From the sequence record PZ452599.1: DNA of 51,263 nucleotides. The stretch is one strand, 5' to 3'. The first letter of the stretch is position 1. The number at the start of each line of letters is the position of its first letter. The position numbers and the translations under genes are program-made. Below, in pieces: positions 45,028 to 51,263 of this stretch. Under the pieces are notes generated by a model that was not told the origin of the DNA, did no database searches, and saw only the letters and a list, made by a program, of their open reading frames with translations. The DNA comes from a phage.

Positions 45028-45815
45028 AAAAATACACTTTCGAACTGTGGGGCAAGAAGTACGAATTAATCACCAGCAAGCCGATTGTTATCGTTGATCT
45101 GGACGGCACGCTATCGGAAGGATCGCATCGTTTGCATTTGCTGCCAACTGAAAACTTGCACCTTACGGAATCGTGGCGCGAGTTTAACAGGGCCGCCGCC
45201 GGAGATTCACCGATTAAAAGCACTATCGCGGTTATTAACGGTTTATGGGTGTCGGGATTTGCCATCGTCATCTTGACCGGACGCAGCGACGAGGTTCGCT
45301 ATGAAACCTGCAAATGGTTGAATGAGAACGGCGTGAAGTTTGACGAAATCATCATGCGCCGCCAGGAGGACAACCGAAAGGATACGGTTATTAAAGAAGA
45401 AGCCTTGCGCGCTATTGGCCTGGACAACATTGTTTGCGCCTTTGACGATTCGCCGAACGTGGTTAAGCACTTCCGCAGCTTGGGGATCACAACCTATCAG
45501 GTCACGGAATACGACAAGCCACACGCTCACATACAATCTCACGGCGTGGATGAATTGAAGTCAAAAATCGAATGCGAAGGCGAGCACTGTTTTAGTGTGG
45601 TTGATGGTAAATGTTTGCGTTGCGGCGTGGAATCAATCAAGATCACGAAGCGCGCCCGATTCGTCGGCAGCAAAGACAGCCTGGTCAATGCCAGCTTTAT
45701 CAAAGGCAAGGTTTATGATGTTCATAGCCATGATAAAAACCGATTCTTTTTGTGGGATGAAAAAGGTTTTGGCTGGTGCTTTAAGCATGACGACGGCGAT
45801 TTTGTTAATGCGTAA
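45024..45815 (+). CDS. HAD-family phosphatase with C-terminal zinc-ribbon / FxPGxxY-like domain
   Basis: 263 aa; HAD motif I VIVDLDGTL, motif II ILTGRSD, motif IV FDDS; C-terminal CxxC...CxxC followed by FIKGKVYDV...FLWDEKG. Confidence 0.6.
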   Translation: MKKYTFELWGKKYELITSKPIVIVDLDGTLSEGSHRLHLLPTENLHLTESWREFNRAAAGDSPIKSTIAVINGLWVSGFAIVILTGRSDEVRYETCKWLNENGVKFDEIIMRRQEDNRKDTVIKEEALRAIGLDNIVCAFDDSPNVVKHFRSLGITTYQVTEYDKPHAHIQSHGVDELKSKIECEGEHCFSVVDGKCLRCGVESIKITKRARFVGSKDSLVNASFIKGKVYDVHSHDKNRFFLWDEKGFGWCFKHDDGDFVNA

Positions 45816-45858
45816 TAGCACTTTTTGTTAAAACATCTTAACGGGCTTGCGGTATAGT
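45816..45858 (+). promoter_or_regulatory. motif-type promoter
   Basis: Motif 45816-45834; TATAGT 45853-45858 inside hairpin GGGCTT...AAGCCC; upstream of gene 45890. Confidence 0.5.
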
Positions 45859-45889
45859 AAGCCCATCAACAACAAACGAGGATTAAATC

Positions 45890-46153
45890 ATGGCTAACAA
45901 GATCGAATTTTTCAAAGCGGTAGACATTATTGATGGCGCGCCTAGCTTCTTTGCGATCCATTCTATTGACGGCAAGGATATTGGGTACAACGTTATCCGT
46001 CGAGATGGAATCTCAAAACTTAGCGATCTGGTAGGACATATTGTGTCAAACGGGAAATGCGCATGGCCCGATTCGCAACGAGAGCCACGCCGCCGCGACA
46101 TGGTAGAGCCTGTTCTGCTTTACACTCTGGTAGTAGAAGGAGAAAATAAATGA
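45890..46153 (+). CDS. hypothetical protein
   Basis: 87 aa; GAGGA RBS; downstream of motif promoter 45816-45858. Confidence 0.5.
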   Translation: MANKIEFFKAVDIIDGAPSFFAIHSIDGKDIGYNVIRRDGISKLSDLVGHIVSNGKCAWPDSQREPRRRDMVEPVLLYTLVVEGENK

Positions 46154-46335
46154 TTTGGTTACTTGCTTTTTTGGTTGTTTTTCTTTACATTTCAGGCTTG
46201 TTTACGTTCCGCGCGTTGGTGAAATATTCTGACGCGACAGACAAAGACGATAAAATCGTTCTCGCTTTCTGGTTTGTTTGGGTGTGGTTAGCAATTTACG
46301 AGATCATCAGAGACAAACAGAAATTTGAGTGGTGA
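46150..46335 (+). CDS. small membrane protein (two predicted TMDs)
   Basis: 61 aa; ATGA coupling; hydrophobic LLAFLVVFLYISGLF and LAFWFVWVWLAIY segments. Confidence 0.45.
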   Translation: MIWLLAFLVVFLYISGLFTFRALVKYSDATDKDDKIVLAFWFVWVWLAIYEIIRDKQKFEW

Positions 46336-46391
46336 TTCTTGCTATGGCGCATTCATGCAGTGCGCCATGTTGAGAAAACCTAAAGGGGGAA

Positions 46392-46535
46392 ATGATGCGT
46401 AACTTTGAAAAAATCATTACCAAAAAGAAGCGTCGCGGGTACGATGAGCATGTGGAGTTTGTGAACAAACAGCGCAAGAAGCGCCATAGACGCGAAATGC
46501 TGCATAATATCAAATCACGCTATGGAGAAAACTAA
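46392..46535 (+). CDS. small basic protein (47 aa, not in ORF track)
   Basis: ATG 46392 with AGGGGG RBS; K/R-rich; stop abuts next ATG. Confidence 0.4.
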   Translation: MMRNFEKIITKKKRRGYDEHVEFVNKQRKKRHRREMLHNIKSRYGEN

Positions 46536-46727
46536 ATGCAATTGCCACCATTTGACAAAAAAAGCGAAGAGATTGCCAAAACTGCATGTCACCTTCGAGA
46601 GCTTGCCGACATGATAGAGCGCGGTCAGGTTATGATTGTCAATATGACGATCAAAAGCGAGAATAGAAATTTCAAGGTTTTAAGCGAGACAACAGAAATT
46701 ACCGTCTTGAAAGCAAGGGGAGAGTAA
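46536..46727 (+). CDS. hypothetical protein
   Basis: 63 aa; immediately after small basic ORF and before kinase. Confidence 0.45.
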   Translation: MQLPPFDKKSEEIAKTACHLRELADMIERGQVMIVNMTIKSENRNFKVLSETTEITVLKARGE

Positions 46728-46729
46728 TC

Positions 46730-47320
46730 ATGAAACGAGACATTATCATCCTTAATGGGCCTCCAGGTTGTGGAAAGGACACTATTGCAGCTTACCTAAC
46801 GGGCCATCGTTACCCTGCTGTCAAGGCGTCATTCAAACAGCCGATGTTCGATATTGCGTTTTCCATGCTGGGAGTGTACCGATACGATGAATTTATGGAC
46901 CTGTACAACGACCGAGAACAAAAAGAAAAGCCTCAAGTTATTTTGGGCGGCAAGTCACCTCGACAATTCATGATCTGGATTAGCGAGGATGTAATGAAGC
47001 CAGTTTTTGGAGATCACTATTTCGGGCGTCGAATGGTTGAAGAGATTCACGAGATGTACCGAGATTTGGCGGTTGTGATCAGTGATGGCGGATTCCCCGA
47101 AGAAATCAAACCGCTGGTTAAGGCAGGGCATGAAGTGCATATTTGCCGATTGCATCGCGACGGCTTCACGTTTGCTGGCGATTCGAGAGACTACATTGAC
47201 CTGAGCGGTTATCACTATCGAATCCATCACTATGACTTCCACTTGCAGGACGGCAAACCGGAACTGGCTGTAAACGAGATCGTCAATGCTGTCAAATGGA
47301 AACACACGCAGATTAAATAG
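46730..47320 (+). CDS. P-loop nucleotide/nucleoside-monophosphate kinase (T4 gp1 dNMP kinase-like)
   Basis: 196 aa; Walker A LNGPPGCGKDT; stop is followed by a variant motif copy. Confidence 0.55.
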   Translation: MKRDIIILNGPPGCGKDTIAAYLTGHRYPAVKASFKQPMFDIAFSMLGVYRYDEFMDLYNDREQKEKPQVILGGKSPRQFMIWISEDVMKPVFGDHYFGRRMVEEIHEMYRDLAVVISDGGFPEEIKPLVKAGHEVHICRLHRDGFTFAGDSRDYIDLSGYHYRIHHYDFHLQDGKPELAVNEIVNAVKWKHTQIK

Positions 47321-47358
47321 CACGAATTGCTAAACGCGGGGCGCAATGCCTCGCTATA
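47321..47358 (+). promoter_or_regulatory. variant motif (TAGCACGAATTGCTAAAC) followed by TATAAT
   Basis: Begins with kinase stop TAG; TATAAT at 47353-47358; upstream of gene 47391. Confidence 0.4.
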
Positions 47359-47390
47359 ATGCAAACACCAATCAACGAGAGGAAATCACA

Positions 47391-47771
47391 ATGGTTAACA
47401 TCAGAAAAATCCGCGTCGGCACTAAATTCTTAGTTACTTACGCAATTCCAGATAGCGGAATGAAGAAGGGCCAGATTGTTAAGGTTGATAGCAAAAGATT
47501 CGGAATCCCTGGTATCAATGGCTATCTAATCAATAGAGATCTTGGATTCGACGGCTTCGCTATCCGTGCGCTTGAGGGTATTGTTGCCACTCTTAAACGA
47601 ATCACTAATCATCGCGGCTGCCCAATCAAGACGATTAAAGCGCCAATAAATTACGGCAAACTGGATAATCGTCGAATCCGCCGCCTGGCGCGTAACGCGT
47701 TAAAATTCCGTGGCGTAGGCGATGATTTCTACTATGGATACAAGAGGATTGCGCGCAATGCTGGGAAATAA
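47391..47771 (+). CDS. hypothetical protein
   Basis: 126 aa from ATG 47391 (GAGAGG RBS), downstream of TATAAT at 47353-47358. Confidence 0.45.
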   Translation: MVNIRKIRVGTKFLVTYAIPDSGMKKGQIVKVDSKRFGIPGINGYLINRDLGFDGFAIRALEGIVATLKRITNHRGCPIKTIKAPINYGKLDNRRIRRLARNALKFRGVGDDFYYGYKRIARNAGK

Positions 47772-47870
47772 CAATAACGCAACGAATCCTAAGCCACCTT
47801 TTGATTTTCATTCCGCAATGATTGCGGTATTATCAATGCTACTTTTTCTTTATAGCATGAGGGCGCTACT

Positions 47871-48119
47871 ATGGTTTTTAACGCATTAAAACGACTGTTT
47901 AAGCCGGAATACCGGATCGTATTTTGCCGCGACTGTTCTACTTATCATGTGCAGCGACGCAGCTTAGGCGGCAATTGGCACTATGTTACAGATGACTTTT
48001 TCGGCATCATTGCCACTGAATTTAAGTATTACAGTGATGCTTATATGTACGTGAAGAAGCGCCACCGCTTACGCAAGTGTCGTTTTTCCGTGCTGATTCA
48101 CGTTAATGATTGTTACTGA
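47871..48119 (+). CDS. hypothetical Cys-containing basic protein
   Basis: 82 aa; GAGGG RBS; CRDC motif. Confidence 0.45.
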   Translation: MVFNALKRLFKPEYRIVFCRDCSTYHVQRRSLGGNWHYVTDDFFGIIATEFKYYSDAYMYVKKRHRLRKCRFSVLIHVNDCY

Positions 48120-48126
48120 GGTGAAA

Positions 48127-48309
48127 ATGAAAACTGGTATTATTATTCTTTTCCTGATCCTTTTCGGTAGCCATTTAACCATTAACTATGAGGGCATTAT
48201 GGCCTTTTGGGGCAACTTGATGGTTTTTGCCGCTGGTTCAATTACTGGCTACTCTGACGGGAAAAAGGACGGTGTTCGCAAGATGCTGATGGGACTTAAA
48301 CAAAAATAA
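48127..48309 (+). CDS. small membrane protein
   Basis: 60 aa from ATG 48127 (GAGGTG RBS); hydrophobic IIILFLILFG and LMVFAAGSITG segments. Confidence 0.45.
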   Translation: MKTGIIILFLILFGSHLTINYEGIMAFWGNLMVFAAGSITGYSDGKKDGVRKMLMGLKQK

Positions 48310-48320
48310 GGGGATCTGAA

Positions 48321-48611
48321 ATGGCAAACAAAACTTACCGCAAACTACTGGTTAACGCTTTTGAAAACATTGCGCAGTGTAACAAGTGGAACGACTCTAA
48401 ACACTCGCCAGTCACAATGAAGCGCGCCGGATTCAAAAATGCTCGTTCATGGGCGCGAGCTTTCGCAGCTTGCTATATGCCGGATGGTGGACTAGGAGCG
48501 ATGAACGATTTTTTGATCAACATGATAGAGGAAGCTGCGCGAGAGGATCGACCGCTGACACAGCGAGATTTTGACGACTTCGCGCGCGATGAGCTTTACT
48601 ATCTGAGCTAA
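48321..48611 (+). CDS. hypothetical protein
   Basis: 96 aa; AAGGGG RBS; stop followed by motif copy. Confidence 0.5.
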   Translation: MANKTYRKLLVNAFENIAQCNKWNDSKHSPVTMKRAGFKNARSWARAFAACYMPDGGLGAMNDFLINMIEEAAREDRPLTQRDFDDFARDELYYLS

Positions 48612-48654
48612 TAGCACTTTTTGTTAAAACTTCCGCAAGGGCATTTGATAAAGT
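48612..48654 (+). promoter_or_regulatory. motif-type promoter
   Basis: Motif 48612-48630; GATAAA-like -10 inside hairpin AAGGGCA...TGCCCTT; upstream of gene 48687. Confidence 0.45.
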
Positions 48655-48686
48655 GCCCTTATTGAAGCGAAACAGAGGAAAGCGCA

Positions 48687-48899
48687 ATGAAAATCAAAAT
48701 CACCAAAATCGACACCATCAACGGCGACGGATCAATCACTCTTGAGCAATGCGGTTTGGTTGTTGGTGATGTGCTGGAGGTTGACGGTCATTTCAGCGAC
48801 GGATCTTATTGTGTTATTGCGCCGCGTAACAGCGAGTTTATCAAGGCTGGCGATAATATTAGTGTTAACCATGACGAATGCGAGGTAGTAGAAGAATGA
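48687..48899 (+). CDS. hypothetical protein
   Basis: 70 aa; GAGGAAA RBS; downstream of motif promoter 48612-48654. Confidence 0.5.
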   Translation: MKIKITKIDTINGDGSITLEQCGLVVGDVLEVDGHFSDGSYCVIAPRNSEFIKAGDNISVNHDECEVVEE

Positions 48900-49159
48900 T
48901 CACGATTAACCTGTCAGAGCAGCAAGCGCGCATTATGTTAGCGGCCTTTGGTTGGCGAGATGATGACGGTATTCAGGCAACGGTTAAAATCCCTGAGACG
49001 GTAGCGCGTGAAGTTTTTAACCAGCTTGAACACGCATTTGTTCCTGTTGGCACTGATCAGGCAGAAACAGCGGCTTGGTTCGGAGAGAACGGATACAGAG
49101 ATCAGCAAGTCGAAAACTGGAAGCGCATAAACGAGACTATGGAGGAATCAGGTTTATGA
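48896..49159 (+). CDS. hypothetical protein
   Basis: 87 aa from ATG 48896; ATGA coupling. Confidence 0.45.
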   Translation: MITINLSEQQARIMLAAFGWRDDDGIQATVKIPETVAREVFNQLEHAFVPVGTDQAETAAWFGENGYRDQQVENWKRINETMEESGL

Positions 49160-49470
49160 TTTACATTCACTACTACCAAATCGGAACTAACGAGAACAAA
49201 AAAGAGCATCGTTTCATCCACGATGATTTTGACAAGGCAAAGGCCCAGCAACAGGTTTTAGGCGGCGTTATTCAGGCTTTTGAGCCTGTGGAAGATATTG
49301 AGTACCGCGAGCATTTAAAAGATGTTGTTATTGATGAGATCTCTTGCTTGATTGATGATATGACAAATCACGGCCCTGGTTCCCCGTGGGAAGATGCAGG
49401 ATCTGTAACGTGGGATAAGGCCAAAGTTAAGACGCTAAACAACTTTCGAGAGATTCTCGACGGTTTTTAA
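49156..49470 (+). CDS. hypothetical protein
   Basis: 104 aa from ATG 49156 (GGAGG RBS); ATGA coupling. Confidence 0.5.
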   Translation: MIYIHYYQIGTNENKKEHRFIHDDFDKAKAQQQVLGGVIQAFEPVEDIEYREHLKDVVIDEISCLIDDMTNHGPGSPWEDAGSVTWDKAKVKTLNNFREILDGF

Positions 49471-49540
49471 TTAAAAACGCATAGCCGTTAGAGCGCCTCA
49501 ATCGCATTCTAACGAGCTATTTTTCTGGTAAGGTGATTTA

Positions 49541-49669
49541 ATGGATGAGTACAAACAACCTTCGCAGTGGTGCAAAGAGAAGCAAGAAGAGGCACTGGAG
49601 CGCGGAGATGTGGAAGAAGCTATGAACTATTTCAAACTTGCGGAAGAATGGAAGGGGAGAGGATACTGA
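49541..49669 (+). CDS. hypothetical small acidic protein (42 aa, not in ORF track)
   Basis: ATG 49541 with AAGGTG RBS; stop overlaps next ATG; alternative to the RBS-less upstream extension of track ORF 49567-49899. Confidence 0.35.
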   Translation: MDEYKQPSQWCKEKQEEALERGDVEEAMNYFKLAEEWKGRGY

Positions 49670-49899
49670 TGTTCGGCATGAATGAGGCGCAATTCAACGC
49701 AGCTAAACGCCAGGCTAAAAAGTGCGGCGAGGCGATGAAAGCGGATGTGGAAAAGCGCGGGAAGTATGTTGATGAAGTAATGAAGGGCATCATTGCAGAA
49801 CACTACCAGCCAATCGCGCCAATGTTGACGATCACTCAATTCATTTGGCTATGTGGTTACTTGCGTGGACGTTGGGGGAACGCTTTCGACAGGGAATGA
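49669..49899 (+). CDS. hypothetical protein
   Basis: 76 aa from ATG 49669 (GGAGAGGA upstream); shorter form of track ORF 49567-49899. Confidence 0.45.
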   Translation: MFGMNEAQFNAAKRQAKKCGEAMKADVEKRGKYVDEVMKGIIAEHYQPIAPMLTITQFIWLCGYLRGRWGNAFDRE

Positions 49900-50061
49900 T
49901 TGACAACTCTTTCCTGATTGGTTAGCATGGCGTCGTTTACATAAGAGCGGCTTAGTCCGAACGCGTGACGCGATAGTCACACAGCAACGGCGATATGCAG
50001 GAGGTTTTTGCAATGCAAGATAATCCGTAAGACGTATCGCCTTTTTTAATGGAGATCCAAA

Positions 50062-50295
50062 ATGATTAAATACAAATTAACCGTTTCTTTCCGTGATACC
50101 GTTATTCATCCTTTCTACAATAGCTTTGTTAACAGCTTTACAGTAGAAGCGACAGAGGATCAGCTGGACGGTGACGAAACTTGCATTTCTATTGGAAATG
50201 TTGCTTACCCGATTCACAACATTACCAGCATTAAGCGTGAGGTTGTCGCTGATGAATTACAAAGTGAAGATGACGATCCGGCGAATGGGGCGTAA
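50062..50295 (+). CDS. hypothetical protein with acidic C-terminus
   Basis: 77 aa; GGAG RBS; preceded by hairpin plus T-run. Confidence 0.5.
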   Translation: MIKYKLTVSFRDTVIHPFYNSFVNSFTVEATEDQLDGDETCISIGNVAYPIHNITSIKREVVADELQSEDDDPANGA

Positions 50296-50437
50296 TTGCC
50301 AATCATGCAAACAGGAATATGAATGCGTAGTTGATGCTCTTGATGAACTGGAAGCAGTAGCAAAAGCAAAAGAGCAATCGGGCGCTAATCCTGAAACACA
50401 TCAATTTTCAATTAACCTTGTGAGGGCTTTACAATGA
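50252..50437 (+). CDS. hypothetical protein (start uncertain)
   Basis: 61 aa from ATG 50252 (GAGG 9 nt upstream); overlaps end of previous gene in another frame; ATGA-coupled to next gene; alternative starts at 50270 and 50285. Confidence 0.35.
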   Translation: MNYKVKMTIRRMGRNCQSCKQEYECVVDALDELEAVAKAKEQSGANPETHQFSINLVRALQ

Positions 50438-50658
50438 TCGCATTATCTTTCTGCATTGGTTTTATCATGGCTATCATTATCTTTTCCGTTGTCATGCGCT
50501 TTGCTTATAAGTTCGTGATTAATAAAGGTTGGTACGCTTCTGCAATCTGGAGCGAAAAACAAAAGAAATGGCTTGTACGTGGTCAATACCTGATGATCGG
50601 TAGCAAGATCCTAAATTCCATTCGAGCCAAAGATGGGAAAGTAAAATATACAGCTTAA
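50434..50658 (+). CDS. small membrane protein
   Basis: 74 aa; N-terminal TMD IALSFCIGFIMAIIIFSVV; followed by terminator. Confidence 0.5.
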   Translation: MIALSFCIGFIMAIIIFSVVMRFAYKFVINKGWYASAIWSEKQKKWLVRGQYLMIGSKILNSIRAKDGKVKYTA

Positions 50659-50662
50659 AAAT

Positions 50663-50688
50663 CACCCGCCGCACGGCGGGTTTTTTAT
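50663..50688 (+). terminator. intrinsic terminator before terS promoter
   Basis: Hairpin CCCGCCG-CAC-GGCGGG followed by TTTTTT. Confidence 0.65.
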
Positions 50689-50699
50689 TGCCCGTTGTT

Positions 50700-50708
50700 T
50701 GGTATAAT
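50700..50708 (+). promoter_or_regulatory. extended -10 promoter element (TGGTATAAT) upstream of terS
   Basis: TGnTATAAT at 50700-50708, between terminator 50663-50688 and terS RBS. Confidence 0.5.
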
Positions 50709-50736
50709 CAGGCATCTAACCAAAGGAGGATTAACA

Positions 50737-51263
50737 ATGGCTAAAAACGTTGAGCCTGCTGTAAAGGCATTAAATTTCAAAGAGTTATACAATAAAACTT
50801 ATGGCGATATTGTTACGCTAAACAACCGCCACAAGTACACGCCGGAACAGGTTTTTGATATGGCGATCCGCTATTTCACTTGGGCCGAAGAGAATCACAT
50901 CCAGGCGGCTGAAACTGCTTCCTTTCAGGGTGACGTGTACGAGAGCAGAGTTTACAAGCCTCGCGTTTTCACGGTTAACGGATTCAGCTTGTATCTCGGC
51001 GTGACTGAGGCCGCCGTAAGCAAATGGCGTAAAGAGCCTGGATTCTGCGATGTGATGGAGTTTGTTGATAAAGTAATTTACGAGCAAAAATTCCAGCTTG
51101 CGGCAAATAACATGATTAACGCTGGATTTATCGGTAAAGAGATCGGAGTAGAGAAGCCAGCAACAGTGAGCGTTGAAGCGAGCGCGGCAGCTAATGCAAG
51201 CATTGACGCAGTAACTGCCGATGAGGTGAAAGAGGCTGTGATTGATATTCTGGAGCAACTTTA
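50737..51263 (+). CDS. terS: terminase small subunit (3' end completed only if window ends are joined)
   Basis: AAAGGAGGA RBS; 175 codons to window end; final TA plus position 1 A forms TAA overlapping terL ATG; HTH-like FSLYLGVTEAAVSKW segment. Confidence 0.6.
   Translation, partial: MAKNVEPAVKALNFKELYNKTYGDIVTLNNRHKYTPEQVFDMAIRYFTWAEENHIQAAETASFQGDVYESRVYKPRVFTVNGFSLYLGVTEAAVSKWRKEPGFCDVMEFVDKVIYEQKFQLAANNMINAGFIGKEIGVEKPATVSVEASAAANASIDAVTADEVKEAVIDILEQL

Overview
The window reads as an essentially complete, arbitrarily linearised genome (51,263 bp) of a virulent T1-like siphovirus; that family assignment is inferred from gene content and motifs only, since no database search was possible. 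Joining the two ends completes terS with a TAA stop that overlaps the terL ATG at position 1. Layout: a rightward late module (1-19475: terL, portal, head genes, major capsid, connector, major tail, G/GT chaperone with a -1 frameshift, tape measure, lambda-like M/L/K/I/J); a leftward three-gene locus ending in a Cor-like lipoprotein (19505-20674); a 500-bp control region; a rightward recombination operon (exonuclease, Erf-like, SSB); a leftward lateral tail fiber and primase; helicase, VRR-NUC, Dam methyltransferase, metallophosphoesterase and a pinholin / SAR-endolysin / u-spanin lysis cassette; a leftward block of small early genes with a cytosine methyltransferase (34143-41214); a second control region; and a rightward block of small genes with a HAD phosphatase and P-loop kinase before terS. 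No integrase, repressor, tRNA or CRISPR array was seen. The most notable signals are: a near-identical 19-21 bp intergenic motif present about 20 times at fixed spacing from a -10-like hexamer; an in-frame Ig-like domain immediately downstream of the TAG stop of a capsid-accessory paralog; a candidate receptor-binding locus with its lipoprotein; and a small-domain family shared by the HAD phosphatase C-terminus and two free-standing proteins. Gene starts were re-assessed against RBS positions because the ORF track extends many ORFs to upstream non-ATG or RBS-less codons; several sub-60-aa genes absent from the track were added.
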